Source: a virus
Taxonomy: Duplodnaviria; Caudoviricetes
Direction: 5' to 3' (one strand)
Length of the DNA stretch: 51,371 bases
Virus record (IMG/VR): IMGVR_UViG_3300032239_000452
Location: 1-51,371 of that record
Shown here: positions 27,201 through 35,987 of the stretch, in pieces
Position numbering within the stretch: the stretch's first letter is position 1
How the letters are laid out: every line of letters starts with the position of its first letter
Notes under the pieces: generated by a model
The model's input: only the letters and a program-made list of their open reading frames with translations
Database searches by the model: none
What the model was told of the DNA's origin: nothing
Program-made: the position numbers and the translations under genes

Positions 27201-28481
27201 ATACGCTTCTGCGGAATCCCCTGTCATGCTGTAGTTGGGATTCAACGCAGCCGGTGAAGCGCGGCCTTGAGCAGCGCCAATCGTGTTGTAGTGGTAGGTT
27301 GCGTATTGGTTGGGGCTTAGACCACGCGAGTTTGCCATGTACGCAGCGTGCGCATCAGGATTATTTTGGAAATAACGCAGCGTGTTAAGCGAGAAAGGTT
27401 GCTTGGTATTGTCGCCAACACCTTCTGTTGCAAAGTTGCCTATTGGCGGGCGGTTTATGCCAAGAACTGGGCGCTCAGCTAGTTGCGGGCTAAGATTGGT
27501 TCCGTACCCCATATCCGCGCCGGACAAAGATTTTTGGCCGGTTAGGGAAGATGTAGTTGAAGGAGTAGCGGCCGTACCGGGATCTGTGGTTGTGTAGTCT
27601 GTCACTCCTGCTGCCAACGCGGCAGAGGAGTCAATATACTTTTTTCCGTCCGGACCCCAAACCGGAGTCCTAGTAGGGCCACCGCCGTCAAAACGAACTG
27701 CACCGCCATCAGCCAAGTGCACTGTAGAAGCGTCTCTAATTCCCAACGATTGCAAACCTTGAGTGCGTGGGTCATACGCAAACGGGCGGATGTACTGGGG
27801 CGTGTTGGTGCTGGGGGGCATGGAAGTCGTTGTATTGATATTGGCCAGTACCGGCAGCGCTGCTGCGGCCATAGGCTTCCAGCCAATTGACTTTGCCACT
27901 CCCAAGGGGTTTGATGCTGCTTGCTCCAGACCGGCAGTCACGGGGTTTTGAGCCCCGGCCATCTGGGCAGCAATATCTGTAGCGCCCCGGTTGGCCAAAA
28001 TGTTCGCAGGGTTCATCGCCTCTTTGGCGGCAAGGCGGGCCGTCTCTTCCGCCGTTTGATTTCCAGCAGCCTGCGCCATTGCGTTTGTGCCAGCCGTGGC
28101 CAAACCGCCTTCAATACCAGCACCACCCCAAGCACCGAGGCCGGACATCAATCCATGCGACAAACTACCAGTAGCCAGCGAGTCAATACCGCCGACAGTC
28201 AAACCAGCGCCCAGCGCTGCGCCGCCACCAAACATCCCACCAACAGCCCCCATAGCCTCGGGAGCAACAAAAGCAAGAGCCGCGCCAGCCAATGTGGGCA
28301 GCAGGTTATCCAAGAACCCAGCTTCGGGTAGTCCCGTCTCGGGATTGATAGTCAGCGTGCCGCCATGTGCCTGAGCCAGCTTTTGAAGACTCTGCACCTC
28401 TTTGGGTGACATGTGGACAAGCGTGGAGTCAGGCCCGCGACCCTGCGCGGCCATGTGGTTTGCGAGTACTTGCAGGCTCAT
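24252..28481 (-). CDS. probable internal virion protein with Pro/Ser repeat tract and Hint (BIL-type) domain
   Basis: 1409 aa; GAGG RBS; N-terminal GRGPD..LVHM...INPETGLPEA; PS repeats; Hint C1145-N1273; C-terminal GPGDG.SDSIPA...ADGEFVIPA domain. Confidence 0.85.
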   Translation of the reverse strand: MSLQVLANHMAAQGRGPDSTLVHMSPKEVQSLQKLAQAHGGTLTINPETGLPEAGFLDNLLPTLAGAALAFVAPEAMGAVGGMFGGGAALGAGLTVGGIDSLATGSLSHGLMSGLGAWGGAGIEGGLATAGTNAMAQAAGNQTAEETARLAAKEAMNPANILANRGATDIAAQMAGAQNPVTAGLEQAASNPLGVAKSIGWKPMAAAALPVLANINTTTSMPPSTNTPQYIRPFAYDPRTQGLQSLGIRDASTVHLADGGAVRFDGGGPTRTPVWGPDGKKYIDSSAALAAGVTDYTTTDPGTAATPSTTSSLTGQKSLSGADMGYGTNLSPQLAERPVLGINRPPIGNFATEGVGDNTKQPFSLNTLRYFQNNPDAHAAYMANSRGLSPNQYATYHYNTIGAAQGRASPAALNPNYSMTGDSAEAYNYLMGYGPGKAAPSAPPTPPSAPPSAPSAPPSKPPSAPPSAPPSAPSAPSVPSTPSVPSTPSTPSPSAPSPSVPSTPSPSAPSPSEPSAPSPSTPSPSAPSPSVPSTPSPSAPSPSVPSTPSPSVPSTPSPSEPSAPSPSTPSPSAPSPSVPSTPSGPSPSEPSVPSTPSGPSPSEPSVPSTPSVPSTPSVPSTPSVPSTPSVPSTPSPSAPSPSEPSAPSPSVPSPSAPSPSVPSTPSPSEPPAPSPSVPSPSAPSEPSEPSAPPSTPSPSAPSPSVPSTPTEPSVPSPSEPSAPSAPSTPSGPPAEPSVPSVPSEPSAPSPSVPSPSEPSAPSPSVPSPSEPSAPSPSVPSPSEPSEPSVPSTPAEPPSVPSEPSVPSTPTEPSEPSVPSVPSVPSAPAEPPSVPSEPSVPSVPSTPSVPSPSEPPAPSPSVPPPSAPSEPSEPPSVPSIPVAPAEPSVPSVPSVPSEPSVPSAPSEPSAPSPSVPSPSAPSEPSAPTTVPSSTVDDTTLTPSDLATIAAHDAFVQGNTSGITALNNNFTNLNNVVNNAATTTKTGSITVSPLIATTVGGVDIAQYFGNPDYRGRVDAWMGRNRGSDAVAAAQEALNAAAVNNTLTGINYGGGSTTPFKAEVPSAAGISTLVPSGGDQVQTQTQVPSGDQSGDQSGITTLVPSGGDQTQTQTVPSGGDQTQTQIQTQPPQGEQVSLGGGETSGRSCPAPWIKITMAGGGVVNAGDIKPGMMVYTRHETTGEWGNFPVTAVEQGEDTRWAVLFEGGAEFVGTFNHRVMTDKDWTEIRHLQPGDKVVQHEGFAVVKSAAHFDHGPIVKIEVQDAHTYLTEGVLSHNIKMNEGIQPVQLAGDNFQEIDTAARGGLMALAMGGMAQGGMYNLGSYSDGGRLLRGPGDGVSDSIPATIGQHQPARLADGEFVIPARIVSELGNGSTDAGARKLYEMMARVQQARGKTIGKNSVAVNSRADRHLPV
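24663..25049 (-). other. Hint (intein-like autoprocessing) domain, 129 aa
   Basis: Block A CPAPWIKI, block B TFNH, L.PGD, block F VKIEVQDAHTY, block G SHN; the +1 residue is Ile; no endonuclease. Confidence 0.85.
25695..27170 (-). repeat. coding tandem-repeat tract (PSAPS / PSVPST / PSEPS units)
   Basis: About 1.5 kb; 18-nt unit x5 near 26580-26670; 39-nt unit x3 near 26131-26250. Confidence 0.95.
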
Positions 28482-28520
28482 ATTTGCCTCTTAAAAGGGG
28501 GGTTATCCGATATTATCATG

Positions 28521-28868
28521 TCAACCGACTTTCCAGTTAGTTCCGTCTGAATATACGGGGACAGCAACAGCGCCGCCGGTTACGACCGTAGCGCCAAAAG
28601 TAGGGGTTAGCGCATCAATCACAAAAGCCCTAGCGCCTACGCCGGAAGTTGCTGCGCTAGGTAGTGCAGCCACTGTGTAATTTTTTAATGGCGGTATGAC
28701 TTCTTGTGTCGTTAATTGCTGCGCCAAATTGGTTATTTGATTGAAATACAGCCGAAAAATGTTATTGAGCTGGTCTATATATTGCCGGTCATACTCCGGC
28801 GTAGCCAACGGCAAGTTAGGCGCGGCAAACTTGGTAAGTGTGTTTTTGGTGCTAACAATGTATGACAT
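28521..28868 (-). CDS. small tail-associated protein
   Basis: APNLP.A..EY...Y......RLYFNQ N-terminus; C-terminal PVYSDGTNWKVG; follows the nozzle gene. Confidence 0.65.
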   Translation of the reverse strand: MSYIVSTKNTLTKFAAPNLPLATPEYDRQYIDQLNNIFRLYFNQITNLAQQLTTQEVIPPLKNYTVAALPSAATSGVGARAFVIDALTPTFGATVVTGGAVAVPVYSDGTNWKVG

Positions 28869-28869
28869 A

Positions 28870-30954
28870 CTACCTGCGTCCATCCGGGCGAATATCTATC
28901 CTCGGGGCACCCAACTGCCAAGCCGTGCCAAGATTGCTGCTACCCATCTTAAAGATCAACTGTCGTCCGCGAACCCGTGTGTATACAATTCCCGTGAACT
29001 CTTCGGTAATGTTGTAGTCCGTGCCTTGGGTAACGCCCATCACGCCCGGGGTGCTTGCGCCCGATCCTGAGTTTTGCATGGGGTACAGCGTCATCGTGGT
29101 CTGGCCGGTGTACCCACTGGTGGTCCCGCTAAATGTCAAGTCCGGCAACACACGCCAGATAAACGAATAGTGGTCGCCGTCCCCAATGTCAAACTCCGAG
29201 GAGGATACATACGCCACAATAGGCGCAGGGGTGCCGGTCTCGTTATCGTCGTTACCTTGTTCGTGCTGGACGGTGTAGCCGTTGTAGGTTGTGGCCAGCG
29301 GGCTAGGCTGAAGACCGGAATCAATCCAAGCCGTGCGCGCCATTGTGCCGTAGTACCATGTGTTTTCAAGGTAGTTGTACACCACGTACTTGTCAATCGT
29401 CGTGCTGTTGGCTGAGCAGTAGAACCACCAGACCTCATTAAACGCCTCAACCGTGCTGGCAAACACCTGCTGGTTTTGGTACATATTGATGTCGTTAAAG
29501 ATGTATTTACGCAGGTCGCAGTTTTGCGTTTGCACCCGGCCGTCGTAGCGGTAGAACTTGTCGATGCCCATCCAGAAGATAACGCCAGAGGCCAGCGCCA
29601 CAGCGTTTGGCCCCATGATGGAGATGTTGTCCCCCAAGATTTGGGTCTGCCAGACGTAGGGCGTGCCGATATACTGCAAGCCGTATACCGCTTGGTCGGT
29701 AATCACAAACACCTCTTGACGGGTCTGGATGACGCTAACAATCTGTGAACCGTGGGAAAGACGGATACTGCCTGCCTGATTTGTGGCGTCGGGAGTCCAA
29801 GCGTAGGGGTTTTCCTGATCTGACCAGCGGATCAGCATGGGATCTATTGTGGTGCTGCCGTAGTTATTGGTGCCAAAGACAAACACAAACCGCGACGCAT
29901 CCGAGACCAAGATGTTGTTCTGAACAACCGGAACGTCCACCAGATTAGATATGGACTGCACACCAGACTGCGAGCCGGAAGTGTTTACCGTGTTGCCGTT
30001 AACGTCCAGCAGCTGGGAAGTCAAGCCGTCTAGGTTATTGATGTAATACGTTACGCCCGCCGTAATCCCGGTGGGCAACGCCCCGGTGGTACCGAATTGG
30101 ATGGCTGTACCGTCCGTCAGTGCAGTGGTGTATGTAACGATGGCTGGGGATGCAATAGTAATGGTGACGGTGCCGCCCAAACTGCTCAAAAGAACGCCCG
30201 GATTGGCCGTAGTGTTGCTAACCTGCCAGTAGTAAAGACCGCCACCTTTTGGCCCATACAACAGGTTTTCGCCGAAGTTATACGCATCCCACAGACGTAA
30301 GTCGGTTTTAACGGTAGCTCCGTTACCCCAAGTGCCAGTACCCCAAGTTGAAGCGCCCCAACCGTAATATGGCGTTTGGATTGCTGGGCCGGTATTAATT
30401 TGGTAGGTTGCGACCACCGAGCTGCCCCCGCCGGTCGTAGAACTTGTTGCTGTGCCGGTAGCTTGGATGGTGTATGTGTTGGCGTTTGGTGCTGTAAGGA
30501 TTTGGTAAGACCCGCTAACCGTGACGCTAGCAACCGCAGTGGCCCCAGAGAAACTTACAAAGTCATTAACAATAGCGCCGTGTGCTGTATGCGTTACCGT
30601 AATCGTGGTTTTGCCGCCGGAGTTGGTAGCAGTATTGGTTGCAAAAGGGTTTGCCCCCAGCGTAACGGTCGACCGAACTGGGGTGATGTCAAAGTACGTG
30701 TTGCCGTACGTAATGTAAAACTTGAGGTTTGTGCCCAAGGAAACATAGTTGATGTTGGCCGTTGTGATCCAGTTCCACAGGTTGCGGCAGACCCCAAGAA
30801 AAGTAGACGCAGAATACTGAATCCACCCACCGATTTTTTCGGGAGTTCCTTGGCGAAACCGGATTTTGTCGCTTTCGTACCAGCCACTTTCATTTAAGTA
30901 GCGGGTATTTTCACGGTTTACCCCGGGTTTAAAAATCAGCTTTTGTAGAGGCAT
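28870..30954 (-). CDS. tail nozzle / tubular protein B (P22 gp10-like DNA stabilization protein)
   Basis: 694 aa beta-rich; RFR.G.PEKIGGW, IRWSDQE, FWMG, FNEVWWFY; podovirus gene order. Confidence 0.75.
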   Translation of the reverse strand: MPLQKLIFKPGVNRENTRYLNESGWYESDKIRFRQGTPEKIGGWIQYSASTFLGVCRNLWNWITTANINYVSLGTNLKFYITYGNTYFDITPVRSTVTLGANPFATNTATNSGGKTTITVTHTAHGAIVNDFVSFSGATAVASVTVSGSYQILTAPNANTYTIQATGTATSSTTGGGSSVVATYQINTGPAIQTPYYGWGASTWGTGTWGNGATVKTDLRLWDAYNFGENLLYGPKGGGLYYWQVSNTTANPGVLLSSLGGTVTITIASPAIVTYTTALTDGTAIQFGTTGALPTGITAGVTYYINNLDGLTSQLLDVNGNTVNTSGSQSGVQSISNLVDVPVVQNNILVSDASRFVFVFGTNNYGSTTIDPMLIRWSDQENPYAWTPDATNQAGSIRLSHGSQIVSVIQTRQEVFVITDQAVYGLQYIGTPYVWQTQILGDNISIMGPNAVALASGVIFWMGIDKFYRYDGRVQTQNCDLRKYIFNDINMYQNQQVFASTVEAFNEVWWFYCSANSTTIDKYVVYNYLENTWYYGTMARTAWIDSGLQPSPLATTYNGYTVQHEQGNDDNETGTPAPIVAYVSSSEFDIGDGDHYSFIWRVLPDLTFSGTTSGYTGQTTMTLYPMQNSGSGASTPGVMGVTQGTDYNITEEFTGIVYTRVRGRQLIFKMGSSNLGTAWQLGAPRIDIRPDGRR

Positions 30955-30962
30955 CGCACATC

Positions 30963-31439
30963 CTAAGACAGGAAAAGGGCACGCTCGTCAATGCGGCGGT
31001 TCTGCAACCCTTTGAGGATTTTACCCCCAGCCATGCAATACTTCAAGAACTCGTCCGCAGCGCCCGTCTTATCCCCGCGTAACAGTTTCTGGCGAAGCGT
31101 AGAACGCTGGAGTGTCCCAAGGCCCACGTTAAAAGAAAAACTGACAAGCCCATCAAACATACCCTGTGTAAGGCTGACAGGACAGAACTGCTCGACCCCG
31201 CGCTCAAATCGAGCCAAATCTGTTGCAAGTATTGCATCGACTTCCTCCATAGGGAAAACCCTATCATCCTCTGAGCGCAGGGGGACAGAATCCCGCTGCT
31301 CAATTTTTAGCTTGCCCTGCTCGGGATAAAGCACATGGCCCACACCAATCGTCCATAGCTTGGCGGGACACCGGTATGCGCGCTGGCGCACACCTTCGTG
31401 GTGTTTGATGACCTCCAATGCTTTGGCTGATACTTTCAT
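30963..31439 (-). CDS. GH24 phage lysozyme (endolysin)
   Basis: HEG...AY.CPA..WTIGVGH, FDGLVSF.FNVG, GL..RR..E. Confidence 0.92.
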   Translation of the reverse strand: MKVSAKALEVIKHHEGVRQRAYRCPAKLWTIGVGHVLYPEQGKLKIEQRDSVPLRSEDDRVFPMEEVDAILATDLARFERGVEQFCPVSLTQGMFDGLVSFSFNVGLGTLQRSTLRQKLLRGDKTGAADEFLKYCMAGGKILKGLQNRRIDERALFLS

Positions 31440-31591
31440 TTGCGTTTCACCGTCTGTACGCAACCAACCTTGTACCCCAGATCACGCCACTCCTGAGCCG
31501 CTTTTTGACAAGCGGCCTCGTACTCAAAGTACCCGACAACTGTGACGTACTGCATATTAATCCCCGATATAAGCACCAGAGTCCAGATCAT
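31436..31591 (-). CDS. small protein with N-terminal hydrophobic segment (lysis module)
   Basis: MIWTLVLISG...ACQ...GCVQ; ATGA overlaps on both sides. Confidence 0.55.
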   Translation of the reverse strand: MIWTLVLISGINMQYVTVVGYFEYEAACQKAAQEWRDLGYKVGCVQTVKRK

Positions 31592-32103
31592 TTTCCAAAG
31601 GCCCGGCCCCCGAAATGGAATGCAATGATGGAAGCAAACAATGCTTGGGTATTGGAATCCCACAGCTTTTCAGCCAGCACAGGGAACTCTACGCCGTGGT
31701 TGTAGCCGTAAACAAACAGGCCAATATCCACAAACACCAGCAGGAAGAAAAAACCCAAAGTAATGAAGCTGCGGACACCTGCGCGCAGGTTCTTCATCCA
31801 CTGGCTGGTTCCTTCGTTGAGCGACTCGTCATGCTCGTAGATGGCCTGCATCTCAGCGACTTGGGCGTTGACCAGATTCTCGTTGGTCTTGGCGTTGGTT
31901 TGCAGTTCTAAGTCGGCACTATGGATTTGCTCGATTCGCTCCTGCGCCTCAAAGCCCGCTTTACGCATCTCCAGTTCCCGCTCAATCTGCATTTGGGCCA
32001 GAGCCAGCTCGTGCGCTTTGTCCTGCCGGTCTTGGAAAAAGTCCAGCAACTTGGGTAAACCCCCCATGAGGAATGAAATCAGCGTAGACAGGATCGTAAG
32101 CAT
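31588..32103 (-). CDS. putative holin
   Basis: N-terminal hydrophobic helix, coiled coil, two more TM segments, F.FG.R end; next to the lysozyme. Confidence 0.65.
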   Translation of the reverse strand: MLTILSTLISFLMGGLPKLLDFFQDRQDKAHELALAQMQIERELEMRKAGFEAQERIEQIHSADLELQTNAKTNENLVNAQVAEMQAIYEHDESLNEGTSQWMKNLRAGVRSFITLGFFFLLVFVDIGLFVYGYNHGVEFPVLAEKLWDSNTQALFASIIAFHFGGRAFGK

Positions 32104-32576
32104 TAGTGTTTCTCCAACAACATAGTGAGCCACCAAAGGATGAGCCCAAGTACCAAAATAACGATTGCGCCGCCAAGGAGCCAGTTGATTAACTCATCCA
32201 ACTCCTTCTTTTTGGCCGCTGCGTTCTTCTCGTCCAATATTTCCTGCGCCTTGCGCTTCTGGATCAAGTCGTTTCTGGTGATGAGTAGCTGCTGCCAGAC
32301 ATCCGCATGACCATTAAGCACCAGCCACTGATTCAGTTCCTTCTCAGCGTCATCCAACTTCTTGGCTTGCATGACGATCTCAAACGCCTGCGCCGTGTCT
32401 GACCCTGCAAATCCTGTTTTGGGCTTGGACGCTGCCCGCTGAACCACATCTTTGGCCTCGAAAAACTTCATCGCCTCGCCAGTGATGGCGTGGATGTCCT
32501 TGCCTAGCTTAATGGCAGCTTGTACTCCTTTAACCGCCGCTTGGGCAGTTGCGAAAGCGGTGATCGGGTCAAGCAT
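32103..32576 (-). CDS. membrane-anchored hypothetical protein
   Basis: MLDPIT start, helical body, C-terminal TM helix. Confidence 0.65.
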   Translation of the reverse strand: MLDPITAFATAQAAVKGVQAAIKLGKDIHAITGEAMKFFEAKDVVQRAASKPKTGFAGSDTAQAFEIVMQAKKLDDAEKELNQWLVLNGHADVWQQLLITRNDLIQKRKAQEILDEKNAAAKKKELDELINWLLGGAIVILVLGLILWWLTMLLEKH

Positions 32577-32586
32577 GGGTCACCTG

Positions 32587-32820
32587 TTACGCCGGGTTAA
32601 TTACCGCCGTCGAGGTTTCACGGTCAATGGTCATTACGCCTTGGCATACCACATTCCAGTCCTCGCTGTCGGCTTCCTTCTCGCTCTGTGATGGAACATT
32701 AAGCACAAAGTGCTTAAACAAGTACTCCTTACCATTTTCAAAGACGCGCCAGCAATGATCCATCGTCCCACGGCCTTCTTGACCACGGGATTTGTTAAAC
32801 CTGATGGCGTACTTGTTCAT
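32587..32820 (-). CDS. hypothetical protein
   Basis: 77 aa; IRFNKSRG...H.WRVFE; coupled to the oxygenase gene. Confidence 0.65.
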   Translation of the reverse strand: MNKYAIRFNKSRGQEGRGTMDHCWRVFENGKEYLFKHFVLNVPSQSEKEADSEDWNVVCQGVMTIDRETSTAVINPA

Positions 32821-33524
32821 ATCACTTCAGCGGCGGGGGGAGGGCAGCATTGCTGTGGCTGGGGGATTACCGTCAGGTTAAAGTGGACAAACTTAATTGG
32901 CTTGTCGGCAGCGTGGCGGGTAAACGAGTGCATCAACCATGAGTTGGCAAATATCATCATTCCGGGCTTGGGTTCAAAATTAATTATTTTGCTGGCTGGG
33001 GTCGCCATGTTCATGTCTTGCTCAGGCAGGTCTATCTGCACTTTGGCTGCGCGGGGATCATGGAACACTACGCGAGAGCAATCCTCTGGCGTTTCAAGAA
33101 AGTAAAACCCAACTATCTGCGAACCAAAACCGTGTACATGGGCATCCATTGCTGAGTGTTTGTGATGCTCTTGCGTCCACATTTCGGTGAACTGGACAGC
33201 CTTGTCTTGCATAGCATAGCCCTGCTCATTGAGAATATTCCACGCCGTTGAGCCAACAAACTCAGAAAACTGTGCCATGCGCGGGTCACCAAAGTAATTG
33301 CCCGTCATGTACACCGGATAGATTTCATTGAGGTCACGTTCTTTGCGCTGGGTATCAAGATTTTCTTCTGATACTTGGCTGACCGTCTTCAAGAAGTCAG
33401 GGCGCTCAATGATGTAAATTGGGCAAGGGAAGTGGTGCGCGACTTGTAGCTGCGTGTTTTGTACAACTTCTGCTACGGACTCAGCGGCTTTGCATACCTT
33501 GGGTTTTTTTGCTACTTTGCTCAT
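32817..33524 (-). CDS. 2OG-Fe(II) oxygenase (TIGR02466-like)
   Basis: W......., HVH, G.YFL, F.DPR, P.PG....F.SWL.H, FN; start moved to 33524. Confidence 0.8.
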   Translation of the reverse strand: MSKVAKKPKVCKAAESVAEVVQNTQLQVAHHFPCPIYIIERPDFLKTVSQVSEENLDTQRKERDLNEIYPVYMTGNYFGDPRMAQFSEFVGSTAWNILNEQGYAMQDKAVQFTEMWTQEHHKHSAMDAHVHGFGSQIVGFYFLETPEDCSRVVFHDPRAAKVQIDLPEQDMNMATPASKIINFEPKPGMMIFANSWLMHSFTRHAADKPIKFVHFNLTVIPQPQQCCPPPAAEVI

Positions 33525-33931
33525 TCTGTTACTTCTACCCAAGAATTTGTTAATCCATCCCAGCGATACATTCCTACTTCTGGCACAGGAATTGGCGGTT
33601 GATATAAACAAGTTGTTTCATCAAAAACCCAAGCCGTAAAATTACTAGCATTTGGGCGAGCCGCCCATAAATCTTTTACTTTCTGTTGTACTTCATTTTT
33701 TTCTTCATCTGTCATGTCTCTAACGTGAAAAACGTCAGTCCATACGCCATCTATTTTTTCGTAAGTAACTTGTGGGTCATCAAATTTTTTATATAAATCA
33801 AGTTTTGGTATTGGTTTTCTAATAAAAACTTCCCAATCTGATGTAACTTCACCTAATGCTTCTATGATATTCTCTTCAAAAGCAGGATGATTAATAGGCT
33901 GTCCGTTTTCAATCTTAATATACAAGTTCAT
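33521..33931 (-). CDS. tail fibre-associated protein
   Basis: W.FDE.TC...PP.P.P....Y.WD....W C-terminus, shared with 35984..36343. Confidence 0.65.
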   Translation of the reverse strand: MNLYIKIENGQPINHPAFEENIIEALGEVTSDWEVFIRKPIPKLDLYKKFDDPQVTYEKIDGVWTDVFHVRDMTDEEKNEVQQKVKDLWAARPNASNFTAWVFDETTCLYQPPIPVPEVGMYRWDGLTNSWVEVTE

Positions 33932-34812
33932 GGCGACCCCGCGCTAGTTGATGGAAATGAACGTGAACATCCGGGCCAAATAATACGAACCGCGCCACCA
34001 GCACCAGTACCGCCTGTCCCAGAAACAAAACCACCACCGCCTGCTCCACCGCCGTAGATTCCGGGAGCAGTTCCATTGTTGGCACTAGCATTTGTTCCAG
34101 CAGTTCCACTAGAACCCCCTCCACCACCAATTGAAATGTTACAACTAGTGCATCTAGTTCCTGCTGTTCCATTACTTCCTTGACCCAATATTCCTACACC
34201 GCCTGCGCCAGCGCCACCTCGTCCCGTAACTCCTCTAAAACCGCCAGCCCCTCCACCGCCGCCACCGCCTGCACCAGCACTTCCATTATTGCAATAAGAG
34301 CCGCCTGCGCCACCGTTCCCAGAATATCCAGCAGCGCCCCCTCCACCGCCACCCGCTGAATTAGTAAAAGCAGTGCAACCAAATCCATTGCCAGCAGCGC
34401 CTCCAGTGCCACCGCCTGATTTTGCAGTTCCACTTCCAGTGCCGCCAGATATAGTCCCACCAGCTACGCCGCCTGTTGCCTTTAAAACAGTTGCGCTGCA
34501 AAAATAACTAGTAGCATTTGCACCACAAGTAGCAGTATAATTTTTGCCAACAAAAACAGTATAAGAATTTCCCGGAGTAACAGAAATGTTATTTCCGTAA
34601 ACTAAGCCGCCACCAGCTCCACCGGGCCCTCCGCAATATGCCCCTGATACTGCAACACCGTCTCCACCACCACCGACAGCAACAACAGAAACTTTAGTTA
34701 CACCAGCAGGAGCAACCCAACTGTAAGTTCCAGCAGTCGTATATGATTGTGATCCCGGAGCAGTCCCAAATGAACGCTGGTTTTGAAAAACTGCTTGTAG
34801 TGCACCACTCAT
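33928..34812 (-). CDS. glycine-rich tail fibre/adhesin protein
   Basis: W.AP.GVT.VSVVAVGGGG, polyglycine runs, GAVRIIW. Confidence 0.75.
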   Translation of the reverse strand: MSGALQAVFQNQRSFGTAPGSQSYTTAGTYSWVAPAGVTKVSVVAVGGGGDGVAVSGAYCGGPGGAGGGLVYGNNISVTPGNSYTVFVGKNYTATCGANATSYFCSATVLKATGGVAGGTISGGTGSGTAKSGGGTGGAAGNGFGCTAFTNSAGGGGGGAAGYSGNGGAGGSYCNNGSAGAGGGGGGGAGGFRGVTGRGGAGAGGVGILGQGSNGTAGTRCTSCNISIGGGGGSSGTAGTNASANNGTAPGIYGGGAGGGGFVSGTGGTGAGGAVRIIWPGCSRSFPSTSAGSP

Positions 34813-35987
34813 GTCAATCCACTCCCAGAAATGAGCCAAGTTGTTGAAGTCATCTTAATAGCTGTAGCAGAGCCATATTGAGCCAACGAACGTGAACCAG
34901 TAGTTCCAGCGCTAGAAAGATACATTGTGTCTGTGGTAATTGCAATAGTCACCACTTGGGTTGTCATGTTGATGAATGTGATCGCCGTTCCAATTGGATA
35001 TGCAACGCTGCTGTTTGCAGGAATTGTGTATGTCCGTGCATTTGCATCCGTAGTCGGGTGGTAAATATGCTTACCGGCATCTGCCAAAACTAACGTATAA
35101 GCAGCAGATTGGCTATTTTGTGGGATATTAAGAAAGCCTACAGCGTTTGTTCCATCAACGGTTGTACTAGAAAGCGTACCGCTTGATGGAGTGCCTAAAG
35201 CGCCACCATTAACAACAAATGCGCCAGCAGAGCCAGTATTTACACCTAAAGCAGTGACAACACCAGTGCCAGTAGTTGTCGTTGCCGGGGTAGCGCCTGC
35301 GCCCCCACCAAGTACTATGGCATTTGCCGCTAGTGCCGCCGAAGAAGCAAGCGTTCCAGTAGCAGAATAGTAAAGTACGCCGCCCGATGTTCCGGAAGTT
35401 AAACCTGTTCCGCCGTTAGCAACGGGAAGTGCGGTGCCAGAATAGGTAATAGCAAGCGTACCGCTGGTGGTAATTGGGGAGCCCGCGATTGACAGGAAGG
35501 CAGGTACAGAGGCGGCAACCGAAGTAACCGTGCCGGAGCCAGCCGTAGTAGTTGCGCTCTTAACGTAGTCCGTGCCGTTGAAATACACAGTGGCAGACTC
35601 GCCCACTGCTACGGACACACCAGACTGCCCAGACGCCTTGATGGTTACGGTACTACCTGTGGCAGCATTAACCACAATAAATGTTTTGCTTGACGATGGG
35701 GCTGTTAGCACCTTTGCAGTGGTCAGCGTACCTGTTACCCGGATAATGGCAAACTGCGCTGATACAGACCCCGCGCCAGTCAGGCTGGAGACAATGTTGG
35801 TAGCAGAGCTTGTGCCTTGGGTGTTGGAAAGAGTGACTGCGCCGTCATTGGTCAGCGTTACTGTCCCTGCAATAGCAATGTCCAAATAAGATGTAACGCT
35901 GTTGTTTACATCGTCGCCCCATGTACCGGATTCTGTTCCGGTTACCGGCTGCCCAAGGGCGAGGTTGGTTGTGTAATTGACTGTCAT
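34809..35987 (-). CDS. tail fibre protein
   Basis: TG...GTWG...N N-terminus; LPVANGGTG; C-terminal YTLVLADAGK...IPANSSVAYPIGT. Confidence 0.75.
   Translation of the reverse strand: MTVNYTTNLALGQPVTGTESGTWGDDVNNSVTSYLDIAIAGTVTLTNDGAVTLSNTQGTSSATNIVSSLTGAGSVSAQFAIIRVTGTLTTAKVLTAPSSSKTFIVVNAATGSTVTIKASGQSGVSVAVGESATVYFNGTDYVKSATTTAGSGTVTSVAASVPAFLSIAGSPITTSGTLAITYSGTALPVANGGTGLTSGTSGGVLYYSATGTLASSAALAANAIVLGGGAGATPATTTTGTGVVTALGVNTGSAGAFVVNGGALGTPSSGTLSSTTVDGTNAVGFLNIPQNSQSAAYTLVLADAGKHIYHPTTDANARTYTIPANSSVAYPIGTAITFINMTTQVVTIAITTDTMYLSSAGTTGSRSLAQYGSATAIKMTSTTWLISGSGLT

Noticed and set aside
28500-28526. Promoter upstream of the 1409-aa gene (TTGACA, TGATAATAT on the minus strand)
   Set aside because: TTGACA directly abuts the -10-like sequence, so the spacing is wrong; an extended -10 is possible but unsupported.
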